In this document: positions 48,547 through 58,740 of the stretch, in pieces
Position numbering within the stretch: the first letter of the stretch is position 1
Layout: each line of letters starts with the position of its first letter
NCBI GenBank assembly: GCA_032250835.1
Contig: JAVVEA010000017.1
Span: forward strand, 9,556-73,555
DNA from: a bacterium
Lineage (GTDB): Bacteria > SAR324 > XYD2-FULL-50-16
Reading direction: 5' to 3'
DNA: 64,000 bases
Translations under genes and position numbers: made by a program
Notes under the pieces: generated by a model
The model's input: only the letters and a program-made list of their open reading frames with translations
What the model was told of the DNA's origin: nothing
Database searches by the model: none

Positions 48547-49296
48547 TTGATCCAAACTTCCAAGAGTTTTTCTTTGAACCGCAACGCAATCGAGCCCTTA
48601 CCCCGGCACATCGGCATCATCATGGATGGCAATGGCCGCTGGGCCAACCAACAGGCCCAAGCCCGCGTCTTTGGCCACAAAAACGCCACCAACGCCGTGC
48701 GCGAAGCGGTGGAAGGCTGCGCCGAAGCGGGTATCGAGGTATTGACCCTCTACGCCTTTTCGACCGAAAACTGGAAGCGCCCCCAGGCTGAAATCGATGC
48801 ACTGATGATGCTTTTTGAGGAATACCTCAAAGCAGAGTTAGAGGGCTTAATGAAAAACGACATCCGCTTGGTCACCATCGGGCAGCGTGAGCGTCTACCC
48901 CAAAGCGTCTTGGCCCCGCTCGACGCGGCGGTCCAAAAAACGGCCCAAAACCGCCGCATGACCCTTTGCCTAGCGGTAGACTACGGCTCCCGCGACGAGC
49001 TGACCCGCGCCATGCGCCAGTTGGCCCTTGAGGTACAATCAGGCCAGCTCGACCCCGCACAGATCACTGAAGCCAGCATCGAAGCCCGACTAGACACAGC
49101 CGGCTTCCCGGACCCGGATTTGATCATCCGCACCTCAGGCGAGTTGCGGCTGTCTAACTTCATGATGTGGCAGTCGGCCTACGCAGAATATTACTTTACC
49201 GATCTACTCTGGCCGGATTTCACCCGTGCCGAATTAGAACGGGCGCTGTTGGATTTCTCCAAGCGCAGCCGCCGAATCGGTGCAGTTCATGGCTAA
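48547..49296 (+). CDS. uppS: Undecaprenyl-diphosphate synthase
   Basis: It carries the motif IMDGNGRWA. Confidence 0.85.
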   Translation: MIQTSKSFSLNRNAIEPLPRHIGIIMDGNGRWANQQAQARVFGHKNATNAVREAVEGCAEAGIEVLTLYAFSTENWKRPQAEIDALMMLFEEYLKAELEGLMKNDIRLVTIGQRERLPQSVLAPLDAAVQKTAQNRRMTLCLAVDYGSRDELTRAMRQLALEVQSGQLDPAQITEASIEARLDTAGFPDPDLIIRTSGELRLSNFMMWQSAYAEYYFTDLLWPDFTRAELERALLDFSKRSRRIGAVHG

Positions 49297-50125
49297 AACA
49301 GAAACCCAAAAAAGGATTCTCACCGGCATTTTGCTGGGCTTCTTCTGCCTAGCTTGGGTCTTTTTGGCCCCCGAGCCGGTCTACCTGGGCTTGAGCCTGC
49401 TTTTTTTAATGATCTCGGTCGGCGAGTATAAGGCAGCCTTACTAAACAAAGGCATAACCCTGCGCGCGCCGGTTCTGTATGGCAGTGTGATCTTGGCCTT
49501 TACGGCCGGCTGGTGTTACTGGAAGGGCATGACTTTCCAGGGCAACTTGGCCATGACCTTTGCCCTCTGCAACCCCATCTTTTTTGCGCTGATGCGGATC
49601 AAGAAAGGTAAAAAGCTGGTGGCCGGTTTTTTGCTGTTGCCGCTCATCTGGTTGGTGGCTCCCTATTTCATGTTGGTTTACCTGCGCTACCTACCGCCTG
49701 CCCCTTACGGAGCGGGTTTGGTTTTCTGGTTGGCCATGGTGGTCGCTGCGAACGATATTTTTGCCTACTTTGGCGGGCGTCGGTTCGGCAAAACCCTGCT
49801 GGCTCCGGTCATCAGCCCCAAGAAGACCCGTGAAGGCAGTGCTTTTGGTCTTTTAGGAGGCTTGGTTACCGGTTACTCGACCCAACCTCTGTTGATGCCC
49901 TTTGCCGAGCCTTGGCAGATTGCGGCATTGGCCATTCCTTTGGTGGTCGCCGCCCAGGCGGGTGATCTGGCCGAAAGCCGCTTTAAGCGTTATTGCGGGG
50001 TGAAGGATTCGGGCAGTATCCTGCCCGGTCATGGTGGCTTACTAGACCGCTTTGATGCGCTGCTGACTACGCTGCCCCTTTATTTTATTTTGATTTACCT
50101 TACGGGACTGCACCACCAATGGTAA
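49280..50125 (+). CDS. cdsA: Phosphatidate cytidylyltransferase
   Basis: It has a CTP-transferase fold and is polytopic. Confidence 0.8.
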   Translation: MQFMAKTETQKRILTGILLGFFCLAWVFLAPEPVYLGLSLLFLMISVGEYKAALLNKGITLRAPVLYGSVILAFTAGWCYWKGMTFQGNLAMTFALCNPIFFALMRIKKGKKLVAGFLLLPLIWLVAPYFMLVYLRYLPPAPYGAGLVFWLAMVVAANDIFAYFGGRRFGKTLLAPVISPKKTREGSAFGLLGGLVTGYSTQPLLMPFAEPWQIAALAIPLVVAAQAGDLAESRFKRYCGVKDSGSILPGHGGLLDRFDALLTTLPLYFILIYLTGLHHQW

Positions 50126-51300
50126 CCCATGGGCTTCTGATCCTTGGCTCTACGGGCTCTATCGGGACCTCCACCTTAGAGGTAGTCCGCCAGAACCCCG
50201 GACGCTTTGACGTGGTTGGCCTGGGCTGTGGGGCCAATTTGGACCTCTTGCTCCAGCAAATTGCCGAATTCAAGCCCCAGGTAGTCGCCGTGGGTGAAGG
50301 CCGGGGCCAGGAATTGGCCGAACGGCTGCCCCAAGGCACCGGGCCGGTAATCTTAGAGGGCCTCAAAGGCCAATGCCAGTTGGCCCAATTTGAAGGCGGG
50401 CAGACGTTGGTCGCCGCCATGGTGGGAGCCGCCGGAATCGAGCCGGTCTTAGCCGGGATCGAAGCAGGCAAAACCATCGCGCTGGCCAACAAAGAGACCA
50501 TCGTCCTCGCCGGGGAGTTGATCATGGCCCGCGCCGCCGCCAAGGGCGTGTCCATTTTGCCGGTAGACAGCGAGCACAACGCCATCTACCAATCGCTGGC
50601 CGGAAGCCGCCGAGAAGACCTCTCCCACATCACCCTGACCGCTTCGGGGGGCCCCTTCCGCGATTGGCCACTTGAGGACTTTACTAAGATCACCCGGACC
50701 GATGCGCTGAACCATCCCAACTGGGCCATGGGGCCCAAGATCACCATCGATTCAGCGACGATGATGAACAAAGGGTTAGAAGTGATCGAAGCCAAATGGC
50801 TCTTTGATCTACACCCAGAACAGATCGAGGTGGTGATCCACCCTGAATCGATCTTGCACAGCATGGTCACCTTTAAAGACGGCAGCAGCATCGGCCAATT
50901 GGGCCAACCGGATATGCGGGTGCCTATCGCCTATTGCTTAGGCCAAGGCGAACGCCTCCCTTCGGGCGTAGGGGCTTTGAAGCTGGCCCAGATCGGGCAA
51001 CTCCGGTTCTTTGAGCCGGACTTGCGCAAATTTGGTTGCCTCAGCTTGGCCTTTAAGGCCCTCAAGCTAGGCGGTGGTGCCACCGCCGCACTCAATGGCG
51101 CTAACGAAGAATTAGTGGGCCTGATGCTGGCCGAGAAGATACACTTTACGGACATTGCCCGCCGTTTGGGCGATATGATGGGGCAATTGACGCAAATGAA
51201 GTCCCAGGGCAAATTCGAAACGCCGCTGGCCCCCTGCCACAGCCTTGCCGATGCACTCAAAGCGGACGCTTGGGGACGGGAAACCATTTTACAAAAATAA
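50119..51300 (+). CDS. dxr: 1-deoxy-D-xylulose-5-phosphate reductoisomerase
   Basis: It carries the N-terminal motif ILGSTGSIG. Confidence 0.85.
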   Translation: MVTHGLLILGSTGSIGTSTLEVVRQNPGRFDVVGLGCGANLDLLLQQIAEFKPQVVAVGEGRGQELAERLPQGTGPVILEGLKGQCQLAQFEGGQTLVAAMVGAAGIEPVLAGIEAGKTIALANKETIVLAGELIMARAAAKGVSILPVDSEHNAIYQSLAGSRREDLSHITLTASGGPFRDWPLEDFTKITRTDALNHPNWAMGPKITIDSATMMNKGLEVIEAKWLFDLHPEQIEVVIHPESILHSMVTFKDGSSIGQLGQPDMRVPIAYCLGQGERLPSGVGALKLAQIGQLRFFEPDLRKFGCLSLAFKALKLGGGATAALNGANEELVGLMLAEKIHFTDIARRLGDMMGQLTQMKSQGKFETPLAPCHSLADALKADAWGRETILQK

Positions 51301-51303
51301 CGA

Positions 51304-52590
51304 ATGTTTACGTTGATCACCTTCATCATCGCCATCAGTATCTTGGTCTTTGTCCACGAGTTGGGCCATTACCTAGCCGCACGTGCTGTGGGCGTCAAAG
51401 TGTTGGAATTCTCGATTGGATTTCCGCCCCGAGCCTGGGGCAAAAAGATCGGCGATACAGAATATATCCTTTCTTGGATTCCTGTCGGTGGTTACGTCCG
51501 CCTCTTGGGCCAAGACCCGGAAGACGAAAATCCCGACGAAGAGGGCAACTACGCCTCCAAGACGGCGCTGCAACGGCTTTTCATTTTAGTCGCTGGCGCG
51601 GCGATGAACCTGCTCTTCGCTTGGATCTTTTTTGTTATGCTCTTCATGAGCGGATTTGAGCGCCCCGCCTATCTGGAAAGCGCCCCGATCCTGGCCGCGG
51701 CTACGCCGGGCAGTGCCGCCGAGGAAGCCGGGTTGACCGAAGGGGACCGCATCTTAAGCGTAGACGGCCTCCCGACCCAAAATTGGCGGGAAGTGACCGA
51801 CCGCATGGCAGCGGCGATTGACGGGAAAGTAGAACTAAAGATTGGCCGCCAGGGTCAAGCCTTTTTGGCCCGTTTGGAGCCCGCCACAGGCGCGGAATCT
51901 GGTTTAGGATTAGAACCTTGGGTAGACCCGGTGATCGGAAAGGTCACCGAAGAGGCTCCGGCCGAACGAGCGGGCTTGATGTCTGGCGACGAATTAAAAG
52001 CCATCGACGACCAACCGGTCCACCATTGGGGCCAGATCACCCCGTTGATTCAGGAAAAGAAAGGCCAGCCCTTTAAGCTACATTACCTGCGCGATGGGCG
52101 GTTGTTAGAAACCCAGATCGCGCCGGAGTTTAACCAGCAATTGGGTTATTGGATCATCGGCCTCAGCCAGCGAACGATCCACCAAAGCTACGGAGCGGGC
52201 GAGGCGGTAAGCCGTGGTTATGACCGGGCTATCTTCTTAACCGAACAAACCTTTGGCTTTTTAGGTCAGTTGTTTAGCGGTCAAGCCAACAAAGACGCCC
52301 TGGGCGGACCGATCATGATCGCCCAGATGGTGGGCAAAGCGGCGAAAAATTCTCTAGGCGATCTTCTTGCCTTGATGGGCTTTATCAGTCTACAATTGGG
52401 TATTTTTAACCTCTTCCCCTTCCCGGCCCTTGACGGGGGCCATGTCCTGTTACTGGCCATCGAGAAGCTAAAAGGCGGGCCCTTGTCACGCCCGGTTAGA
52501 GAAAAACTGCAACGAGTTGGATTTTCGGTTTTAATGCTGCTGATCCTCTACATTTCTATCCAAGACGGACTGCGATTGTTTGCGCAATAA
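51304..52590 (+). CDS. rseP: RIP zinc metalloprotease RseP (S2P, with PDZ domains)
   Basis: It carries the HELGH motif and PDZ domains. Confidence 0.8.
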   Translation: MFTLITFIIAISILVFVHELGHYLAARAVGVKVLEFSIGFPPRAWGKKIGDTEYILSWIPVGGYVRLLGQDPEDENPDEEGNYASKTALQRLFILVAGAAMNLLFAWIFFVMLFMSGFERPAYLESAPILAAATPGSAAEEAGLTEGDRILSVDGLPTQNWREVTDRMAAAIDGKVELKIGRQGQAFLARLEPATGAESGLGLEPWVDPVIGKVTEEAPAERAGLMSGDELKAIDDQPVHHWGQITPLIQEKKGQPFKLHYLRDGRLLETQIAPEFNQQLGYWIIGLSQRTIHQSYGAGEAVSRGYDRAIFLTEQTFGFLGQLFSGQANKDALGGPIMIAQMVGKAAKNSLGDLLALMGFISLQLGIFNLFPFPALDGGHVLLLAIEKLKGGPLSRPVREKLQRVGFSVLMLLILYISIQDGLRLFAQ

Positions 52591-52596
52591 GAACCT

Positions 52597-53529
52597 ATGG
52601 AAAACGCGCGGATTTTAATTTATGGCACTGGTACCGTAGGTATCCATTTCGGCGGCAAGCTGGCCAAGGCTGGCTATAATGTCACCTTTGTGGACCGCGA
52701 AGAACGCGCCGAACTGCTCAACCAAAGCGGCCTGGAATTGGTCGGCTTGGAAGGAAGCCACCAATGGGAGCCGACCGTATATTCGGCGGTAGACCAATTA
52801 GACCCACAAGACCTGATCCTGATTTGCGTCAAGGCGATCCATACCTACGACATCGCCCTCAATCTCTTGCCGGTAATCAAGCCCAGCACCGCGATCTTGA
52901 GCTTCCAGAATGGCCTTGAGAACGAAGCCATCTTGGCCGACTTACTGGGCAAAAACCTAATCTTAGGGACGGTGCTTCAGTTCCACGGACATTTAGAAAA
53001 CAATTGCCGCAGCATCCAAGAAGCCCCGGCCCAGGTGATCTACGGAGAACTAGACCACCAGCCCAGCGGGCGCGAAGAATGGCTGTCCGAGATCTTTTCT
53101 AAAGCCGACATCGACCATGTAATCAGCCACAACATAAACCAAAAGAGCTGGGAACATTTCTTGTGGAACAGCGCCTACAACAGCATTGGCGCACTGACCG
53201 CGACCACCTTGCAGGACATGATCGAGCACGAACCCCTGCGCCCGACCATTGAGCAGATGATCCAAGAAGGCGTGGGCGTAGCCAACGCCGAAGGGGTGGA
53301 AGTCAGTACCGCCGCCATTGAGGAAATCAGCAAGATTCAGGTCCGCTTCAGCCACATCCGCCCGGCTATGTTGCAAGACATCGAGGCAGGCCGCCGCCCT
53401 GAGCTAGAGCCTCTTTTGGGGGTCTTACTGAAAAAGGCCAAGCGCGGCGGGATCAGCATGCCAGTGACCAGCACCATCTACAATCTTTTGCAGTTGGTTT
53501 GCTCTAAGTTTGACAGCGAAGAGGCTTAA
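52597..53529 (+). CDS. panE: 2-dehydropantoate 2-reductase (ApbA/PanE family)
   Basis: It has the Rossmann motif GTGTVG at the N-terminus. Confidence 0.55.
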   Translation: MENARILIYGTGTVGIHFGGKLAKAGYNVTFVDREERAELLNQSGLELVGLEGSHQWEPTVYSAVDQLDPQDLILICVKAIHTYDIALNLLPVIKPSTAILSFQNGLENEAILADLLGKNLILGTVLQFHGHLENNCRSIQEAPAQVIYGELDHQPSGREEWLSEIFSKADIDHVISHNINQKSWEHFLWNSAYNSIGALTATTLQDMIEHEPLRPTIEQMIQEGVGVANAEGVEVSTAAIEEISKIQVRFSHIRPAMLQDIEAGRRPELEPLLGVLLKKAKRGGISMPVTSTIYNLLQLVCSKFDSEEA

Positions 53530-53535
53530 AAATCC

Positions 53536-54321
53536 ATGGGCAACCCCTTAGCCTTAGACCAATATTTCTCTCACATCCCGCAGAACGCCTTTTTTGAGGC
53601 ACTCTTGGGCGGCGCCCAGCGCCCCTTCGACGCGATGCGCAACCTGACCCCTGCTTTAGAAGCCCTGGTAGCGGGCCTAAAGCCCCAAGGCCAGCTCCCG
53701 GCCCACCGCCGCACCGCCGCACCGGAGCCGGGCCTACAACTGCGCGAAAGCATCTATTTAGAGTCCGACTTCTTTGACGCCGAGTTGAAGATATTTGTCG
53801 GCAAAGGCAGCTTGCTTGAGGCCGGGGCGACCCTCAAGCCCTTGACCTATTTAGAACCGGGCGTGCAAGTACGCCAAGGGGCCTACATCCGGGGCGGTTT
53901 TTACGCCTGCCGGGGCAGCGTGATCGGGCACACCACGGAAGTAAAAAATTCCGTCTTCTTCTCGCACGTCGAGGCCGGACACTTCACCTACGTGGGCGAT
54001 AGCTTGATTGGAGCCCATTCTAATTTGGGTGCCGGGACCAAGGTGAGCAACTTGGAGTTCCGCAGCGCCGAACAAAAGCGGGACGAAATCTTCCCAGAGC
54101 TAAACTACCGCCTGGGCGGCCAAAACCACCCCTCGGGCTTAAGCAAATTTGGCGCGGTCTTGGGCGACGGCACCGAAGCAGGCTGCAACTCGGTGATCAG
54201 CCCCATGGTCTTGCTGGGCAAAGACTCCTGGGTGCTGCCCAACCTCTGCCTCCCCAAAGGCGTCTACCCCCCCCAAAGCCGCCTGTTTAACCTAGAAGAC
54301 TGCCGCAAAGCCCGGCTTTAG
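53536..54321 (+). CDS. Hexapeptide-repeat (left-handed beta-helix) acyltransferase-like protein
   Basis: It contains LbH repeats. Confidence 0.5.
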   Translation: MGNPLALDQYFSHIPQNAFFEALLGGAQRPFDAMRNLTPALEALVAGLKPQGQLPAHRRTAAPEPGLQLRESIYLESDFFDAELKIFVGKGSLLEAGATLKPLTYLEPGVQVRQGAYIRGGFYACRGSVIGHTTEVKNSVFFSHVEAGHFTYVGDSLIGAHSNLGAGTKVSNLEFRSAEQKRDEIFPELNYRLGGQNHPSGLSKFGAVLGDGTEAGCNSVISPMVLLGKDSWVLPNLCLPKGVYPPQSRLFNLEDCRKARL

Positions 54322-54570
54322 CGCCCCCGCCTTCGTCTGGCTAATCCCTCAGAATTCGCCCACCGGGCAATACCCTGGCACTAGAATAGTTCATCCATGG
54401 GTTGATGCTCCGGCCCAGGCCGCCCTATAAAAAGCTAACCGGCCACTACCAGCGGTTAAATTCTACTGTCCCTTATTTTCAAAGGAATCATAGGCTATAA
54501 CGAGGCACTCTACCTTGACTTTCGGACTAAAAAAAAACTAAACTAAGACCGAACCTGAAAGCGAGGCCCC

Positions 54571-54843
54571 ATGAAACTCAGCGAAGATATCAGACCCATC
54601 AGTTACGTCAAGGCACATGCCGCCGAGCTACTTAAAGATTTAATCGAGCATCCCCGCACCTTGGTGATCACCCAAAAAGGGGAGGCCAAGGCCGTGCTGC
54701 AAGATGTGGCGAGTTATGAGCGGACCCAAGCGAGCTTGGCACTGCTGAGACGGCTGGCCGAAGGGCAAAAGGAGTTGGAGGCTGGAAACCACCGCCCGGC
54801 GGACGAGGTCTTTAGTGACCTAAGGCGCGACTTAGGGCTGTAA
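54571..54843 (+). CDS. Type II toxin-antitoxin system antitoxin, Phd/YefM family
   Basis: The N-terminus has a YefM fold. Confidence 0.7.
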   Translation: MKLSEDIRPISYVKAHAAELLKDLIEHPRTLVITQKGEAKAVLQDVASYERTQASLALLRRLAEGQKELEAGNHRPADEVFSDLRRDLGL

Positions 54844-54844
54844 G

Positions 54845-55183
54845 TTGAGCGAAGGCCCCTTCTTTACGGTCCGCTTTCTGGCTTCAGCAGAGCAGGACTT
54901 GCGTTCCCTAGGCACCTATGTGGCCCAAGACTCTAAAGCTAAAGCCAGCAAACTGATCAGTCAGTTGGTTGATGCCTGCCAAAGCCTAGCCCAATTCCCT
55001 CACCGGGGCCATATCCCCCTTGAGCTATCGGGCCTGAGCGACCATTACCTACAAATCTACCAGGGCCCCTACCGCCTGATCTACCAAATCAAACCCCCAC
55101 AGGTCGTAATCTTCGCCATCCTCGACGGCCGCCGCGACCTCACCGAGCTACTCCCCACCCGCTTCGGAGAGGACGCCCCTTAG
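54845..55183 (+). CDS. Type II toxin, RelE/ParE family
   Basis: It has a RelE/ParE fold and is coupled to the antitoxin with a 1-nt gap. Confidence 0.7.
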   Translation: MSEGPFFTVRFLASAEQDLRSLGTYVAQDSKAKASKLISQLVDACQSLAQFPHRGHIPLELSGLSDHYLQIYQGPYRLIYQIKPPQVVIFAILDGRRDLTELLPTRFGEDAP

Positions 55184-55409
55184 AAACAATCAAAAAGCCC
55201 CGTTACAAGGAAGGAAACTAGAGTTGAAAGGGGTCCAAAGATCAAGGGAACACCAATTGATTTAGCTTAGCTTTGCAAACCGCCCAACTCAAATAGAGAT
55301 TCCCTGCTTTTTGACAGCTCAATCTTTGGGGATATTTCAGCTACCGTTGAACATTCCAGCCGCAAGGTGCAAGGCGCGCTAACTTGATGGGGAGAACACA
55401 AAGCCCCGC

Positions 55410-55628
55410 TCACTTAGAAAACTGGCGGTGGGCCTTTTGGATGAGGCGTTCGAAGTAGCCGCGGTTGGCGTTGTAGGCTTTTAGAGCCTCGGCCAGGGCT
55501 TCTTCGGGGTTGTCAAAGTCGCTGATCATCAGGCCGCCAGCCAGCAGGGTAACCACGCCTTCGGGGTCGGCCAGGAGGCGCGTCAGCTCTTCCTTGATTC
55601 TGGTTTTTGAGGCCCGTTGGCTTGGCAT
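55410..55628 (-). CDS. Hypothetical small protein
   Basis: It is a 72-aa ORF with a weak RBS. Confidence 0.25.
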   Translation of the reverse strand: MPSQRASKTRIKEELTRLLADPEGVVTLLAGGLMISDFDNPEEALAEALKAYNANRGYFERLIQKAHRQFSK

Positions 55629-55775
55629 TTGCTCTGGTGGCGGCTCGGTTGGGGCGGGCTTTTTTTAGGTTTCCTTCGCCTACTAATTCGGCTAGGCTAG
55701 CCCAAGCCTGAAAGTTAGAAGTACTCTAAAGGCCCAAGCTTCGTCAAAGCAAGAACAACATATCCCCCCTCCCGA

Positions 55776-56729
55776 ATGCACCTGCTGCTCGACATCGCTT
55801 TGATCGTTCTCTCGATCGGACTATTATGGAAGGGCTCTGACCTATTGGTCGAGTCTGCCGGAAAGATTGCCGTTTCGTTGGGCATTTCGGATTTGGTCAT
55901 TGGCTTGACCGTCGTGGCTATCGGCACCAGCGCCCCGGAGTTCGCAGTCACCATCAGCGCCGTCTTGGCCGGTAAAACGGACATCTCGGTGTCTAACGTG
56001 GTGGGTAGCAACATCTTCAACCTGGGCTTCATCTTAGGCGGCACCGCCTGGATCCACTCGGTCGCCACCTCGCCGAAGCTGGTCTACCGTGACGGCATGT
56101 TCTTGATTTTTGTTACCCTCTTGCTCTCTTTCTTCCTCTTCAACCCCAGCAGCCACGGCGGGTTTAGCCTGGACCGGTGGGAAGGGGCGGTCTTGATGGG
56201 TCTGTTGATCGCCTATCTGCTCTTTTTGTTCATCAAAAAAGAAAAGCTTGAAGAGGACGCCATCATCCATGAGCCCGTCAAGGTCATGGACTGGGTCTTA
56301 CTGCTACTAGGCTTCGCCGGAGTGGTCGGCGGTGGGGAGTTGCTGGTCGAGAATGCCTCTTCGGTAGCCCGCGCCTTTGGGGTGAGTGAATGGGTGATTG
56401 GCGTGACCATTGTCGCCGCCGGAACCAGCGCCCCCGAATTGGCCACCAGCCTAACGGCAGCCCTGAAGCAGCGCCATGGGATGGCGGTGGGCAACTTGAT
56501 CGGTTCAGACCTCTTTAACCTCTTGGGCGTTTTGGGTCTAGCAGGCATGCTCAAAGAATCGCTGCCTGTTTCTCAAGCCGCCGAAAGCAGCATGGTCATG
56601 CTGGTGGTGATGGTCCTGATCGTGGTGTTTTTCATGCGCACCGGGTGGCGCGTTTCGCGGCTCGAAGGGGCCTTTTTGGTCTTAGTGAACTTGGTTCGCT
56701 GGATCTTCGACTTTATGAGTAAAACCTGA
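55776..56729 (+). CDS. Ca2+/Na+ antiporter (CaCA family)
   Basis: It carries the alpha repeats GTSAPEF and GTSAPEL. Confidence 0.8.
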   Translation: MHLLLDIALIVLSIGLLWKGSDLLVESAGKIAVSLGISDLVIGLTVVAIGTSAPEFAVTISAVLAGKTDISVSNVVGSNIFNLGFILGGTAWIHSVATSPKLVYRDGMFLIFVTLLLSFFLFNPSSHGGFSLDRWEGAVLMGLLIAYLLFLFIKKEKLEEDAIIHEPVKVMDWVLLLLGFAGVVGGGELLVENASSVARAFGVSEWVIGVTIVAAGTSAPELATSLTAALKQRHGMAVGNLIGSDLFNLLGVLGLAGMLKESLPVSQAAESSMVMLVVMVLIVVFFMRTGWRVSRLEGAFLVLVNLVRWIFDFMSKT

Positions 56730-56733
56730 GGCC

Positions 56734-57630
56734 ATGTCCTTTCTGCTAGAGCGCACGCCCCCGAAAAACCCCCTGCGCCGCCACCCGGTGGCCCTTCCTC
56801 TGATCATTTTCTTCCTGCTCTTGGCCCTCTTGGGACTGATCGGCAAAAAAGCCCAGGGGCCCCAGATTGGCCTGCTGAAAGTAGAGGGGATGATCCTCGA
56901 CTCTTCCAAACTACTGACCCAAATCCGCTTTTTAGAAAAACAAGAATCGGTGCGCGGCGTTTTGCTGCGGGTCGATAGCCCCGGTGGCGTGGTCGCGCCG
57001 AGCCAGGAGATTTATTCCGCGCTCAAGCGCTTGGGGCAAAAAAAGCCGCTCTATGTATCTATGGGGTCCGTGGCCGCGTCGGGCGGCTATTATGTTTCCT
57101 TAGCAGGCAAACAAATCTTCGCTAATCAAGGCACCTTGACCGGCAGCATCGGTGTCATCTTACAAAGCCTCAACGCTAAGGAATTGTTGGATAAATTGGG
57201 ACTGAAGATGCAGGTGGTTAAGTCTGGCCGCAACAAAGATGCAGGCAGCTTATTCCGTCCTATGGAGCCCGAGGAACGCAAATTGCTAGAATCGGTCATT
57301 ATGGATAGCCACGATCAATTTGTATCCGCTATCGCCGAGAACCGCCCCATCAAACGGGCCGAGTTAGAGCTTCTGGCCGACGGACGTATTTTTACGGGAA
57401 GGCAGGCCCAGGCTTTGGGCCTGGTGGACCAAGTGGGCGGCATTGAAGAAGCCTTAGAGGCGCTGAAGAAGACTTTAAGCCTAGACAAAGAAGAGGTGGA
57501 GTTGATCGAACCGCCGGACCCCAAGGAAAGCTTTTGGAGTCCCTTAGACCTAGAACAGGTCAGCCAGATCGGACAGTTGTTAGGCCAAGGCGGCCTATTG
57601 TTTATGGACCCCAAACTGGGACCCCGCTAG
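56734..57630 (+). CDS. sppA: Signal peptide peptidase SppA (36K type)
   Basis: It has the catalytic Ser motif MGSVAASGGYY and is a ClpP-fold peptidase. Confidence 0.8.
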   Translation: MSFLLERTPPKNPLRRHPVALPLIIFFLLLALLGLIGKKAQGPQIGLLKVEGMILDSSKLLTQIRFLEKQESVRGVLLRVDSPGGVVAPSQEIYSALKRLGQKKPLYVSMGSVAASGGYYVSLAGKQIFANQGTLTGSIGVILQSLNAKELLDKLGLKMQVVKSGRNKDAGSLFRPMEPEERKLLESVIMDSHDQFVSAIAENRPIKRAELELLADGRIFTGRQAQALGLVDQVGGIEEALEALKKTLSLDKEEVELIEPPDPKESFWSPLDLEQVSQIGQLLGQGGLLFMDPKLGPR

Positions 57631-57634
57631 GGGC

Positions 57635-58423
57635 GTGATGACGCAAGAGAGACCTCAACTTAAAGTCCAATTTTTGGGCTGCACCAAAGATCCCGTTGCG
57701 GTGATCTATTCGTCCTTTCGGATTTGTTACTCCAAAGACGACGCCGCCGAGACTTGGGCCAAAATCTCTTCGGGCGAGATCACCCGTGAGTCCATGGAAG
57801 AATTTGTGGCCGATAAGTTGGGCACTGGCCACACCAGCCCGCTGCGGCAAGCGCAGTTTGTTTTTGTGGTGGACCACATTTCGCGCGCCTGCACCGCCCA
57901 ATTTAACCGGCACCATATCGGCATCGAACGCGAAGAGATGTCCCAACGTTATGTAAACTTCAACAAGGGCATCGGTGCCTTCGTGACGCCGCCCGCCTTT
58001 TTAGAAGACCCCGAGGTTTTGACCCGCTGGGATGGCTTGCAAAGCGACATTGTGGACTTTTACAACTTCGCCCACAGCCGGGGGATCAAACAAGAAGACG
58101 CGCGCTTTGCCCTACCCATGGGCACGGTGAGCCGCGAACAGTTCGCCATGGGATTCCAGGCGATGCAACAGTTTCTCGACGTGCGCATGTGCGAGCGGGC
58201 CCAGTGGGAAATCCGCGAGATGGCCTGGCAGATATTTAAGATCATGCGCCGTGAGTTCCCCACCTTGGCCAAACGATTGGGCATTAAATGCTGGGAAAAC
58301 CGAAACCTATATTGTGATGAAGACTATAAAGCCTACGAAGTATGCAAATGGAGCCGTTCACGGCCCCACAAGGAGGACCTAAGGTCGATTTGGAAAGAGG
58401 CCAGGAGGGAAGGGCCTAAATAA
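57635..58423 (+). CDS. thyX: Flavin-dependent thymidylate synthase ThyX family (variant RHH motif)
   Basis: The N-terminal region and the xESQRY motif are ThyX-like. The signature reads RHH rather than RHR. Confidence 0.55.
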   Translation: MMTQERPQLKVQFLGCTKDPVAVIYSSFRICYSKDDAAETWAKISSGEITRESMEEFVADKLGTGHTSPLRQAQFVFVVDHISRACTAQFNRHHIGIEREEMSQRYVNFNKGIGAFVTPPAFLEDPEVLTRWDGLQSDIVDFYNFAHSRGIKQEDARFALPMGTVSREQFAMGFQAMQQFLDVRMCERAQWEIREMAWQIFKIMRREFPTLAKRLGIKCWENRNLYCDEDYKAYEVCKWSRSRPHKEDLRSIWKEARREGPK

Positions 58424-58647
58424 CGCTTAAAGGATCAACTCGCCAGGGAAGGGGAAGTTTGATCCTGCCAACCTCAATCATTTAAATCAGTTAAGGACTC
58501 ACCTCCCGGATTTCTGCGGAGGCCGGACTGCTTTTTGCCCAAAAAAAGCGTTTTCGGCCAAAAATGCCGCAAAAAATTCCAGGGATCGGTCTGCCCACTT
58601 CAGGTATCAATCAGTTATCTCGTTGATATATAACTACGTCTAAAGTT

Positions 58648-58675
58648 TGGCACGGCTCTTGAAATACTAAGAGCA
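58648..58675 (+). promoter_or_regulatory. Candidate sigma-54-type promoter TGGCACG-GCTC-TTGAAAT
   Basis: The -24 element is perfect and the -12 reads TTGA. It lies about 80 nt upstream of the 58741 ORF and is preceded by phased A-tracts. Confidence 0.4.
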
Positions 58676-58740
58676 TAGATTGTCAAACCGGTTCTCACGG
58701 CACAGCCAAAGAACAACTAAAAAGACACCTGGAGAAAGTC

